A DNA stretch of 42,956 nucleotides. Origin: Actinomycetota bacterium. GTDB lineage: Bacteria > Actinomycetota > Actinomycetes > S36-B12. A program made the translations under genes and the position numbers. Positions 24,627-33,950 of the stretch are shown piece after piece (position 1 is the first letter of the stretch; each line of letters begins with the position of its first letter). The notes under the pieces were generated by a model. The model saw only the letters and a list, made by a program, of their open reading frames with translations. It was not told the DNA's origin and made no database searches. The stretch lies in assembly GCA_030652695.1 (NCBI GenBank), contig JAUSQD010000106.1:1-42956 (forward strand). The letters run 5' to 3'.

Positions 24627-26150
24627 CTACTCCTCAGCAATCTGCACCCGCGCCGGAAAATAGCGCCAGGCAATCAGCACGCCACAGGCCGCAATCACCG
24701 CACCTATCGTCATAGCCCAGGTCATGCCTGAGACGAATGCGTCGCCGGCCACCTCGCTGTAGATCGTGGCGATATTTGACGGAATCGAACCGGCAGCTAT
24801 CGACGCTGCTGCCAAGGATTCACGGGCAGCGTCCACCGCAAACGACGGCACCAGATTGATGCGATCGCCAACTGCGGTGATCTCTGCCTCGATGTGCTGT
24901 CGATAGGTGATCGACATGGTCGCCCCGAGGATTGCCACTCCGAATGATCCGCCAAGCTCAGCCACCGAATCGTTGACCGCCGAGCCCATCCCTGATCGTT
25001 GAGTCGGCACAGCGCTCAGCACCCCATTTGTTGCCTGGGGCAGTGTCAGTCCAAGACCGATGCCCATGAAGCCAAACACACATGCGATGAATGCGTACGG
25101 GGTAGTCGAGTTCAAGGCGCTGAATCCCAACAACCCCATGGTGACGATCGACAATCCCGTCATCACGACTCGACGTGCACCAAGGCGTTCCGCAAGTCGG
25201 GGGCTGACGACCGATGCCAACAGCAGCCCTAGCGCGCCGGGCAACATGGCAATCCCGGACTCCAATGGACTCATGCCCTGAACGAGTTGCAGGAATTGCG
25301 GAAGGAAGAACATGGCGCCCATCAGGGCGAAATAGACCACGCCAACAATCACAATCGCTGTGGAAAACAGGCGATTGACGAAGAACTCCATCGGTAGCAT
25401 CGGTCTCGGAGCTCGACGCTCCCACCAGACGAAGGTCAGCAGACTCACGATGGCGACTGCTCCAGTGCTGACGGTGAGGACTCCGATCCCAGCGTCTGGC
25501 AGTTCGATGATGGTGACCACGAGAGTGATGAGCCCCAGTGCCGAGAGTGCCGCACCGATGAGATCCAGCCGTGGCTTCTCGGGATCGCGTGATTCGGGCA
25601 CGAGGACCACCACGGCGGCAAGCAAGGCCAATGCAATGGGCGGATTCACCAGGAAGATTGCCTGCCAATCGAAATGCTCCAGCAGCACGCCTCCAACAAT
25701 TGGGCCAATCGCTACCCCTAGTCCCGCGACAGCTGCCCAAATGCCAATCGCCCTGGCGCGCTCAGTGCGATCGGGAAAGACCTGTACCAGCACACTCAGG
25801 GTTGAAGGCATGATGCACGCACCACCAATGCCCATCACTGCACGGCACACCGTCAACTGTGAAGCACTCACGGCCATGGCAGCAGACAGGGAGCCAGCGG
25901 TGAAGATGAGAAGACCGATCACGAGCATTCGCTTGCGTCCGAAGCGGTCGCCAAGTGAGCCAGCGATCAACAGACTTCCAGCGAACAGCACCGAGTACGC
26001 ATCAACCACCCATTGCAACTGCGCAGTGGACGCTTGGAGATCTTGCTGAAGTCTGGGCAGGGCAACATTGACGATGGTGTTGTCCAGGGAGATCAGAGCA
26101 AGGGCGCCAGAGAGCACGGCCAGAACGGTCCACCGATTCACAGAACGCAC
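24627..26150 (-). CDS. MFS transporter, DHA2 (EmrB/QacA-like, 14-TMS) family
   Basis: Motifs are LDNTIVNVALPRLQQDL, QWVVDAYSL and GSLGDRFGRKR. It has about 14 predicted helices. Confidence 0.8.
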   Translation of the reverse strand: MRSVNRWTVLAVLSGALALISLDNTIVNVALPRLQQDLQASTAQLQWVVDAYSVLFAGSLLIAGSLGDRFGRKRMLVIGLLIFTAGSLSAAMAVSASQLTVCRAVMGIGGACIMPSTLSVLVQVFPDRTERARAIGIWAAVAGLGVAIGPIVGGVLLEHFDWQAIFLVNPPIALALLAAVVVLVPESRDPEKPRLDLIGAALSALGLITLVVTIIELPDAGIGVLTVSTGAVAIVSLLTFVWWERRAPRPMLPMEFFVNRLFSTAIVIVGVVYFALMGAMFFLPQFLQLVQGMSPLESGIAMLPGALGLLLASVVSPRLAERLGARRVVMTGLSIVTMGLLGFSALNSTTPYAFIACVFGFMGIGLGLTLPQATNGVLSAVPTQRSGMGSAVNDSVAELGGSFGVAILGATMSITYRQHIEAEITAVGDRINLVPSFAVDAARESLAAASIAAGSIPSNIATIYSEVAGDAFVSGMTWAMTIGAVIAACGVLIAWRYFPARVQIAEE

Positions 26151-26196
26151 TTGCCGGAGCCTAGATGCCGCGATGGTGCATCAGTTCGCAATATCC

Positions 26197-27771
26197 TCAG
26201 TTCGCAATGTCCTCGACTTCATTGCGGGTGTGCGGGCTTTCCTCGTGATGCGAAATCCGAGAGGGAATTGCTCGGACAGCGTAGGCGGCGCCGGCGAACG
26301 CCAGCATCGCCGCAACCACCAACGCCAGTCGCATGCCAAAGATGTACGAGGATCCGGCGATGTCCAGCAGCGGGCCTCTCAGAGCCTCCGGAAGTGAATC
26401 GGCCAAGTGCACAGCTGCCGAAAGTGACCTGCCTGCCTCTGATACGGCCTCGGCTGACACGTTCTCAATTGCCGGTGCGCTTTCACTGAAGCGCGCCTGG
26501 AATCCGACAGTCGCTATTCCACCCAGCAATGCGATACCCAATGCCTGACCGGCCTGACGAGTGATCTGGTTCAGGGCAGATGCCCCGCCAGATCGCTCAG
26601 GCGATACCGCTGTCATCATCGCCTCAGTGCTTGCCGGCATGAACACGCTGAAGGCGACTGCCATGAAGGCGAATCCCAGACCCAGCATCCAATAGGCCGA
26701 AGTCGTCGACGTCGTCGTGATTGCCAGCGCTGCCACACCTGTCATCGCAGTGCCAAAGGCGATCGTCCGGCGCAGGCCAAAGCGCTGCATGATCCAAGGA
26801 GCACGCGGTACAACGATCAGATTGACGATCACAATCGGACCAGACGTGGCGATGGCCGCTTGAAGTGGTGAATAGCCCTTGACCAACTGTAAAGAGATGG
26901 TCGCCAGAAACATTGCGCCTGACATTGCGATGAAGGCAATCGTCAACGTGAGCGCAGCTGCACTCAATTGCGGAATCTTCAACAATGACATCTCAAACAT
27001 GGGAGTCGGCGTGTAGTTCTCCCACATGACGAACAGGAGACTGGCTACCACACCGATGGCAAAGCCGCTCAGTATTGGAAGACTGGTCCAGCCATGACTT
27101 GGTCCCTCAATCACCGCCCAAATGAGAGCGCCGAGCGCGAGGGTCGAAAGCAGTGCGCCGAGAAGATCAAAACGTGCGGCGTCAGGATCGCGCGAATCGG
27201 GCACCATCACCCAGCACAGGACGATCGTCACAGCGAGCAAGGGCAGATTGACGAGGAAACATGCCTGCCAGCTGAACCACGCCAGCAGCAGACCACCGGT
27301 GATCGGTCCGATGAAGGAACCGATGGCGTTCATCAGCGACCAATAGGCGATCGCCTTGCGTCGCTCCATTGCCTCGCGAAACACATCGACCAGGATTGAG
27401 AGAGTGGCGGGAAGGGTGAGTGCCGCGCCAACGCCCATGAACCCACGCCAGATGATGAGCTGGAGAGGGTCAGTTGCCAGCGCAGCACCGGCAGTGGTGA
27501 AGAGCGTGACAATCAGGCCTGCGATCAGCGCCTTCTTGCGTCCGTACTTGTCTCCGAGCGCAGCACCGGTCAGCAACAGGCCAGCTAGAACCACGATGTA
27601 CGAGTCAACGATCCACTGCAATTGAGAGTCACTAGCGCCGAGTTCGTGCACGAGCGTTGGCAAGGCAGTGTTGAGGATGGACACCTGCATGGTGACCGTG
27701 ACCAGCACTACACAAAGAACGACAAGTACCCACCAGCGCTGTGCATGCCCATGGTCTTGGGCTTGAGACAT
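26197..27771 (-). CDS. MFS transporter, DHA2 family (paralog of the downstream gene)
   Basis: Motifs are ILNTALPTLVHELGAS, QWIVDSYIV and ALGDKYGRKK. It has about 14 helices. Confidence 0.8.
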   Translation of the reverse strand: MSQAQDHGHAQRWWVLVVLCVVLVTVTMQVSILNTALPTLVHELGASDSQLQWIVDSYIVVLAGLLLTGAALGDKYGRKKALIAGLIVTLFTTAGAALATDPLQLIIWRGFMGVGAALTLPATLSILVDVFREAMERRKAIAYWSLMNAIGSFIGPITGGLLLAWFSWQACFLVNLPLLAVTIVLCWVMVPDSRDPDAARFDLLGALLSTLALGALIWAVIEGPSHGWTSLPILSGFAIGVVASLLFVMWENYTPTPMFEMSLLKIPQLSAAALTLTIAFIAMSGAMFLATISLQLVKGYSPLQAAIATSGPIVIVNLIVVPRAPWIMQRFGLRRTIAFGTAMTGVAALAITTTSTTSAYWMLGLGFAFMAVAFSVFMPASTEAMMTAVSPERSGGASALNQITRQAGQALGIALLGGIATVGFQARFSESAPAIENVSAEAVSEAGRSLSAAVHLADSLPEALRGPLLDIAGSSYIFGMRLALVVAAMLAFAGAAYAVRAIPSRISHHEESPHTRNEVEDIAN

Positions 27772-27830
27772 TGCTGCAGTGTGTCATTGCAAGGCGGGCG
27801 AAATCTCCCTTTCCGCCATGCGCGAACCCT

Positions 27831-27998
27831 TCAGCGAGGCAGTTTGCGAACGACCGGTCGCGGCAGAGTTTTGGGCCCAGCCATCACTAAGCGCAGCAGC
27901 AGTCCCGGCGCGTACACCGGCTCACGACCGTTGCGAAGTGCCTTGACGACGATCTCGCCTACTGCCTGCGGATCAACCGACAAAGGAGCTTCCGTCAT
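27831..27998 (-). pseudogene. 55-codon ORF matching only the C-terminal tail of a DprE2-like short-chain dehydrogenase; probable gene remnant
   Basis: It is below the ORF-track size cutoff. Translation: MTEAPLSVDPQAVGEIVVKALRNGREPVYAPGLLLRLVMAGPKTLPRPVVRKLPR. This resembles the DprE2 C-terminus as I recall it (..EAPLTVD...KGKELVWAP..RYVM..LRHIPR.IFRKLPI). No Rossmann or catalytic part lies upstream in any frame. Its ATG overlaps the upstream stop as ATGA. Confidence 0.5.
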
Positions 27999-28504
27999 CG
28001 CGAATGCAGTTGCAGCTCGCGGTGTTCGCTTGCTGAGGGTTCAGAATCGCCTGCGATACGTGCCAGTTGAGGCACGATCAGGAACCACGCCACCACATGC
28101 ATCACGAGCAGCCAGATCCGGGTCGACCACAACACCTCACTTGGCTGCATCGCCGGCATTGCCACCGTGGACAGAGCCACGATCGCCCCAACCCACCAGA
28201 CGATTGCTCGGGCATGCCGACGGCCCAGCACCAGCATCGTGGCAAGCCCTGCGAGCAGTGCAGAGACCAGCGGAAATATCACCGGCATGAACCAGCCCAG
28301 CTGCACCGGGGCCTGATCTGCACCCAGCACCACGGTGAAGGGCACTCCGAGCAGGCGACCCAGGGAGTAGATGGCGAGTGAAAAAAATCCAGCCCACAGC
28401 CCAGTCACAGTCGCCGCGTACAGCAGGGTCCGCACTCCCGGGTTGGCCGACCGCGGCGGCGCAATGGGCGTCACCGAGTTCAACCACAGGCGTGTCATGT
28501 GCAT
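27995..28504 (-). CDS. Hypothetical small membrane protein (about 4 TM helices)
   Basis: The hydrophobic segments are clear, but I am not confident of any family. I prefer the ATG at 28504 or 28498, because the ORF-track start at 28624 overlaps the divergent CopD/CtaG gene. Confidence 0.45.
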   Translation of the reverse strand: MHMTRLWLNSVTPIAPPRSANPGVRTLLYAATVTGLWAGFFSLAIYSLGRLLGVPFTVVLGADQAPVQLGWFMPVIFPLVSALLAGLATMLVLGRRHARAIVWWVGAIVALSTVAMPAMQPSEVLWSTRIWLLVMHVVAWFLIVPQLARIAGDSEPSASEHRELQLHSR

Positions 28505-28578
28505 ATTGTGCCGAATCCAGCCGCGATCCCCACACGGGCAAGCCCGCAAGCCTCGGCGTAGGGTCGCGATGTGGGTGA

Positions 28579-30597
28579 ATGGGGATTGGCATGGCGGTGA
28601 GGACTTCAGCCACACCAGCAACACGCGTTCCAGTCGGCCTGCTCGCGATGGCCCTGGTCATTGCGCTCATCAGCGTGCTTGCGGTGGGACTGGTGGTCAC
28701 CGGGGGCTCATACCAGGCTCCCGCTCTGGGACTGCCAGATCCAGGGCCCTTGGTCATCTGGGGATCACCCATCCTGCGCCTGCTCACCGATCTTGCAGCT
28801 ATCGCCACCATCGGCTGGCTGCTGGCCGCCTGCGTCCTTGATCCGGCCGGCAAGAATGGGGTGGTCTCACCAGCGGGACGAAAGGATCTGATCCGCGCTG
28901 GCTTCGCGTCGTTCATCTGGGCAGGCCTTGCCCTTGTGCAGATGGTCTTCGCCCTTGCCAATGTTCTGGGACTTTCCCTCGTGGAGGCCCTGAATCCGCA
29001 GGTCATCGCCACCTATGCCAACGAGGTGCCTGCGACGCGGGCCCTGATCGTCGTGAGCATCCTGGCGATCGTTGTCGCCATCGGCAGTCTTCTCAGTTCG
29101 ACCACGGGTGCGGGCATGGGGTGGCTGGTCACTGCGCTGCTGGCATCGGCGCTACCTGCACTTGGCGGGCACGGCGCTGGGCTGGGTGATCACGCGATGG
29201 CCTTGACTAGTGGGGTCGCGCACGTGCTGGGTGCCTACCTTTGGGTGGGTGGGCTGTTCGCCCTGGCACTGCACGCTGTGCGCAGGGACATGCCCATTCA
29301 ACGTGCGGCTGGCAAGTTCTCAAGCATTGCACTGATCGCATTCGTGCTGGTCGCGGTCAGCGGTGTGGCCAACGCCTACACCCGACTCGACACGATCAAT
29401 CAGCTCTTTTCCACCGGCTACGGCCAGGTCATCTTGTTCAAGCTCTTCCTGCTGGTCACCTTGGGTGTCATTGCCTGGCTGATGCGACAACGCGTGATCA
29501 ACTCCATCACCGCGTCTCGCGTCAGCGTCTTTGCAAGGATTGCGGCACTCGAGCTGATCACCATGGGCGTGGCCATTGCCCTGGGGGTGGCTTTAGCCTC
29601 CACTGCGCCGCCACGGATCGCCACCCAGTTCCTGTCGTACGGCGAAAGCCTGCTCGGATTCGCCTACCCACCTGCTCCAACGATCAGCTCAGTCATCTTT
29701 GGATTCCAGCTGGATCCCCTGTTCTTCTCAGGCTGTGTGATTGCCGCAGTGCTGTACATCGTCGGCGTGGTTCGCATGCGCTCCCGTGGTCATCACTGGC
29801 CGTGGGGTCGGACCATTTCCTGGATGCTCGGTCTCATCATCGTGATCTGGTGCACGAATGCAGGCATCTCCCAGTACGCCCAGGTGTCCGTGGGTCTGCA
29901 CATGCTGCAGCACATGACCTTGACCATGCTCGCGCCGATCCTGCTCGTGCTTGGAGCACCGGCCACGCTTGCGCTACGGGCCCTGCGACCCTCGCATGGA
30001 CACGAACGAGGTCCACGAGAGTGGCTGGTCTGGTTCCTGCACAGCTGGATCACTCGGATTCTCACCAATCCCTTCTACGTATTCCTGGTCTATGTGCTGG
30101 GCCTGTATGGCCTCTATCTCACTCCGGCATTTGGCTGGCTGATGGGCAGCCACATCGGCCACATCGTGATGCAGACCCACTTCCTGCTCTCGGGCTACCT
30201 GTTCTATTGGGTGGTCATCGGCATCGATCCTCGACCCAGACCCCTGTCGTACTGGGCTCGACTGCTCCTATTGCTGTTGGCGCTGGCAGTACACGGATTC
30301 TTTGCCGTCATCTTGATGATGAGTTCGGTTCCTCTTGCAGAGGAGTGGTACGGCGTAGTTCGACCACCGTGGATTCCTGATCTGCTGCAAGATTCATTGA
30401 ACGGCGGTCAAGTGGCCTGGGCGCTCTCAGAAATCCCTACGCTCATCGTAATGATCGTGATCTCCATCCAATGGGCGCGCAGCGATGAGCGCGAGGCAAA
30501 GCGCAACGATCGGCAGGCCGATCGTGACGGGAACTCCGAGCTCAACGCATACAACGAGCATCTCGCGCGACTAGCCGAACGCGACCAACGCCGATGA
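28579..30597 (+). CDS. Fused CopD-like copper resistance domain / cytochrome c oxidase assembly factor CtaG (caa3-type)
   Basis: It is a 672-aa polytopic protein. The N-terminal half is CopD-like. The C-terminal half carries GLHMLQHMTLTMLAPILLVLGAP, typical of Caa3_CtaG. The exact start is uncertain. Confidence 0.7.
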   Translation: MGIGMAVRTSATPATRVPVGLLAMALVIALISVLAVGLVVTGGSYQAPALGLPDPGPLVIWGSPILRLLTDLAAIATIGWLLAACVLDPAGKNGVVSPAGRKDLIRAGFASFIWAGLALVQMVFALANVLGLSLVEALNPQVIATYANEVPATRALIVVSILAIVVAIGSLLSSTTGAGMGWLVTALLASALPALGGHGAGLGDHAMALTSGVAHVLGAYLWVGGLFALALHAVRRDMPIQRAAGKFSSIALIAFVLVAVSGVANAYTRLDTINQLFSTGYGQVILFKLFLLVTLGVIAWLMRQRVINSITASRVSVFARIAALELITMGVAIALGVALASTAPPRIATQFLSYGESLLGFAYPPAPTISSVIFGFQLDPLFFSGCVIAAVLYIVGVVRMRSRGHHWPWGRTISWMLGLIIVIWCTNAGISQYAQVSVGLHMLQHMTLTMLAPILLVLGAPATLALRALRPSHGHERGPREWLVWFLHSWITRILTNPFYVFLVYVLGLYGLYLTPAFGWLMGSHIGHIVMQTHFLLSGYLFYWVVIGIDPRPRPLSYWARLLLLLLALAVHGFFAVILMMSSVPLAEEWYGVVRPPWIPDLLQDSLNGGQVAWALSEIPTLIVMIVISIQWARSDEREAKRNDRQADRDGNSELNAYNEHLARLAERDQRR

Positions 30598-31355
30598 TGA
30601 ACCTGAGGTCGATCGTCAAAGCGGTACTGTGCGGCAGCTTGGCTCTCACGGCCATCACCGTCAGTCCGACACCTGCATTCTCTGCACCGGGTGACCTGCC
30701 GGGCACCAGCGCGAGCAGGCAGCTTGTGCTGGTCACGGCAACGAGCATGCGGTCCACGACTGCCACCCTTGCGACGTACGAACGCGACACCAATGGCTGG
30801 AAACAGGTGGGGCGAACCATGACTGCCTACCTTGGTCGGCGCGGACTCGTCGTTGGCGACCAACGTCGTCAATCGACTGGCACGACACCTACAGGGACCT
30901 ACGCGCTCAACACAGCGTTCGGCAGGCTGCCTGATCCCGGGGCCAAACTTCCGTACACCCAGATCGATCGCAATGACGCCTGGACGTACAACCCTCGATT
31001 CCCGTCGACATACAACCTCTTCCAAGATGTCAATCGCAGTTGGCGATCGTACGGCGGCTACGTGGAACACCTTTGGCAACTAGGGCCTCAGTACGACTAT
31101 GTCGTGACCACGAGCTTCAATGAACCCAGAGGACCCATCACGCGCACCAAGGACGGCGTGCGGAGAACCGCAAACCCCAGCAATACTCAGCGTGGCGGCG
31201 GCATCTTCCTGCACGTGTCAAAGGGTGAGCCAACAGTCGGGTGCGTGAGCATGCCTCGCGCCGACATGCGACGGATTGTGCAGTGGCTGGATCCCGACGC
31301 GAACCCGGTAGTCGTCATCGGTCTGGCCGAAAGTCTCAAGCTTCAAAGTACGTAG
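30594..31355 (+). CDS. L,D-transpeptidase family protein (YkuD fold)
   Basis: It has a signal peptide and the catalytic motif GGGIFLHVSKGEPTVGCVSM (His ... Gly-Cys). The start overlaps the upstream stop (ATGATGA). Confidence 0.75.
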   Translation: MMNLRSIVKAVLCGSLALTAITVSPTPAFSAPGDLPGTSASRQLVLVTATSMRSTTATLATYERDTNGWKQVGRTMTAYLGRRGLVVGDQRRQSTGTTPTGTYALNTAFGRLPDPGAKLPYTQIDRNDAWTYNPRFPSTYNLFQDVNRSWRSYGGYVEHLWQLGPQYDYVVTTSFNEPRGPITRTKDGVRRTANPSNTQRGGGIFLHVSKGEPTVGCVSMPRADMRRIVQWLDPDANPVVVIGLAESLKLQST

Positions 31356-32148
31356 TGCGAGTGATATCACCCAGCACAGGAAAAGACTCTCGCAGCGCAC
31401 TCACCAACGAAACATCCACCGAGGCAAAGATCAGGCCCTCCTCTGAGCCGCCCTCGACTACTACCTGACCCGATGGATCGACCACCGCCGAGCGGCCGCC
31501 GAGCAGGACCGGGCCGCTCGGTGAGTCCTGCAAACCGACCTCATTGCACGCAATCATCCAGCATTGATTCTCGATGGCCCTGGCTCGCAGCAGGACGGCC
31601 CACTGCTCAATGCGTGCGCTCGGCCAACCCGAAGTGACGAGCATCGACTCAGCGCCACCAATTGCCAAAGCGCGATAGAGCTCCGGAAATCGCAGGTCAT
31701 AACACGTGCTCAAGCCTGTGAATCCGAGAGGTGTCAGCCTCTGCACCAATTGTGTTCCAGGTGACATCACCGAGCGCTCACCGGTGGCAAAGCCGAAGAG
31801 GTGAATCTTGCGATAGCTGGCAACCAGCTCGCCATTGGGCGCAAAGAGCAGACTGGTGTTGAAGAGATCACCCTGTGAGTCTCGCTCGGCTATCGAACCG
31901 GCATGCAGCCAAATGCCCTGCGCGCGTGCAGCAGCGCTCAATTGCCTGGACAGTGGACCATCAATGGATTGGGCGTGGTTCTTGATGGATTCAAGATCAA
32001 ATGCACCGACATGCCACAGCTCTGGGAGCACGAGAAATTCTGCGTTGGCTGCCGCTTGAGGGATCATGTTCAACACTCGGGCAACCCGCGAGTCTGGAGT
32101 CTCTGCACTCGACACATCCAGTTGCAAGAGCGCTACCGACACCGACAT
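31336..32148 (-). CDS. Carbon-nitrogen hydrolase (nitrilase superfamily) protein
   Basis: The Glu-Lys-Cys triad contexts are LVLPELW, YRKIHLF and LSTCYDLRFPE. Confidence 0.8.
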   Translation of the reverse strand: MSVSVALLQLDVSSAETPDSRVARVLNMIPQAAANAEFLVLPELWHVGAFDLESIKNHAQSIDGPLSRQLSAAARAQGIWLHAGSIAERDSQGDLFNTSLLFAPNGELVASYRKIHLFGFATGERSVMSPGTQLVQRLTPLGFTGLSTCYDLRFPELYRALAIGGAESMLVTSGWPSARIEQWAVLLRARAIENQCWMIACNEVGLQDSPSGPVLLGGRSAVVDPSGQVVVEGGSEEGLIFASVDVSLVSALRESFPVLGDITRTTYFEA

Positions 32149-32180
32149 GCAAGAAGCCTAGGCCGAGTGCGCACTCACCG

Positions 32181-33950
32181 TCACTCCCGCAGAATCCCGA
32201 AACCGTTCGACTGCATCAGCTCGAAGTCCCACTGAGACTGAAACTGTTCAGCAAACCAGCCACCGCCATGTTGGAGTTCGCTACACGTAGCCGATTCGGT
32301 GATCCGCCCGTTCTCAAGCACGAACACCCGGGCAGACGCAGGAATGGTGAGGAGCTGATGTGTGATGGTGATGCTCGCCGTGGATGCAAACTGCTCAGAC
32401 AGCATCGCCTCCAGCGCTCGCGCGTTCTCCCCGTCAAGGTGCGCTGTGGGTTCATCGAGCAGCATGAGGTCGCGCGGCTCTATCAGAAGGCGTGCGACTG
32501 CAATGCGCTGTGCTTCGCCGCCTGAGATGGACGAACCAAAGGTGCCGACGCGTGTGTTGATGCCTTCCGTCATGCGATCAAGCAGGGGTTCCAGTTGTGC
32601 GTCTGCGAGCGCTTGACGCACATGCTGCTCGTCTCCCGCATCTCGACCAAGTGCAACGTTCTCTTGAATTGTCGTGCCGAAGATATGTGCACGTTGCTCG
32701 AGCAGCCCAACTCGTTGCCGCAGTTGCTCCTGGCTCACTGAATGCAGTTCAACCCCATTGATGGCGATGCTTCCGCTGTACCTCGTGAATCCCATGAGCA
32801 CTGAGGCGAGGGTTGATTTGCCGGCTCCGCTTGGTCCGACAACGTAGACATGCTCATGTGGCGCTATCCAGAGACTGATATCAGCCAGAATCGCGTTTGG
32901 GCTGCTGCCCAGCGCAACATTCACATGTTGCAGTGAGAGCCCAGAAAATCCCGCAGGCAGGTGGACAGGAGCGCTGGGATCATCGACAGGAGTCTTCAGA
33001 TCATTCAGAGACTCCAGTCGAAGTGCGGCGGCGCGAACTTTCTTGTCGGCGATGGCTGCGGCAGGAATCACCGCGAGCACGTCAAACGCCGCAAGTGGCA
33101 GGAGCGCGGCTACAGCCAGCCAGACCGCAGCGATCTGACCATCGATGACGGCCGGTCCCACAAGGCAAAGGCTCGCGACGACGGCAATTCCCTGCACTGC
33201 CGTCATGAGTGCTCCCGCTAGCCCAAGCCCAAAGGCCTCCCTGCGACCCAGGCGCGTGAGTTGGGCATCAATGTCTGCCAATTGCTGTTCGACTCTGTCG
33301 CTTGCACCGAACGCCTGGATGTCGGACGCACCAGCGAAGGCTGTGACCAGAGACGCGGAAAGCTCGCCTCGCAACGGCGCCAGCCGTGATTCGGCATGTG
33401 CTGTCAGTCGTGCGATCAGCCAGGGCACGAGTACCACTGCCACAAGGCCAAGAACGATCATCAGCACAGCAGCAGCAGGCAACAACCACCAAAAGAAGAC
33501 CACGGTGCCGACGACAACGAGCACTCCTTGCATCCAAGGCAGCACCACTCTCAAGGGAAGATCCACTGCGCTGTCGACGTCGGCCACCATCCGGACCAGC
33601 AAGTCACCACGGCCAAAGTGAGCGATACCGCTGGGAGCCAGCCGTTCCAGCTGTTGAAACACCGCAACCCGAAGGCCTGGCAACCCTCGGAAGGCGGCGT
33701 CATGTCCAGTCAATCGTTCGACGTATCGAAATATCGCCCGACCCAGGGCGCACGCACGCACCAGTGCTGCTGCGACGGCCAAGGTGATCACAGGAGGCGC
33801 GCCGGCGGCAGTTGCGATGAGCCATGCTGCGGCTCCGAGCAGGACTACTGAGCAGGCAGCTGCCATGAAACCCAACAGGGTGGCACCAGCGAATTCCCAG
33901 CGCTGAGCTCGCATTGACTGCCACAGCTTGCGCTCGGCCGCCAGGGTCAT
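32181..33950 (-). CDS. cydC: Thiol reductant ABC exporter subunit CydC
   Basis: It has an N-terminal 6-TM domain. Walker A is GPSGAGKSTL, the signature is ISGGEAQRIAVARLL and Walker B is LMLLDEPTAHLD. It is the last gene of the cydABDC arrangement and overlaps cydD by 4 nt. Confidence 0.8.
   Translation of the reverse strand: MTLAAERKLWQSMRAQRWEFAGATLLGFMAAACSVVLLGAAAWLIATAAGAPPVITLAVAAALVRACALGRAIFRYVERLTGHDAAFRGLPGLRVAVFQQLERLAPSGIAHFGRGDLLVRMVADVDSAVDLPLRVVLPWMQGVLVVVGTVVFFWWLLPAAAVLMIVLGLVAVVLVPWLIARLTAHAESRLAPLRGELSASLVTAFAGASDIQAFGASDRVEQQLADIDAQLTRLGRREAFGLGLAGALMTAVQGIAVVASLCLVGPAVIDGQIAAVWLAVAALLPLAAFDVLAVIPAAAIADKKVRAAALRLESLNDLKTPVDDPSAPVHLPAGFSGLSLQHVNVALGSSPNAILADISLWIAPHEHVYVVGPSGAGKSTLASVLMGFTRYSGSIAINGVELHSVSQEQLRQRVGLLEQRAHIFGTTIQENVALGRDAGDEQHVRQALADAQLEPLLDRMTEGINTRVGTFGSSISGGEAQRIAVARLLIEPRDLMLLDEPTAHLDGENARALEAMLSEQFASTASITITHQLLTIPASARVFVLENGRITESATCSELQHGGGWFAEQFQSQWDFELMQSNGFGILRE

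Noticed and set aside
24958-25740. 260-aa minus-strand ORF within the MFS gene
   Set aside because: It is an alternative frame of the MFS gene with Arg/Gly-rich junk composition.
27622-28290. 222-aa plus-strand ORF spanning the MFS start, the SDR remnant and the small membrane-protein gene
   Set aside because: It is antisense to three coherent minus-strand ORFs and has a low-complexity Arg/Ser/Pro/Ala composition.
28137-29012. 291-aa minus-strand ORF
   Set aside because: It is antisense to the start of CopD/CtaG and out of frame with the small membrane protein. It has no motifs.
29241-30380. 379-aa plus-strand ORF
   Set aside because: It is a shadow frame inside the CopD/CtaG gene (Arg/His/Pro-rich).
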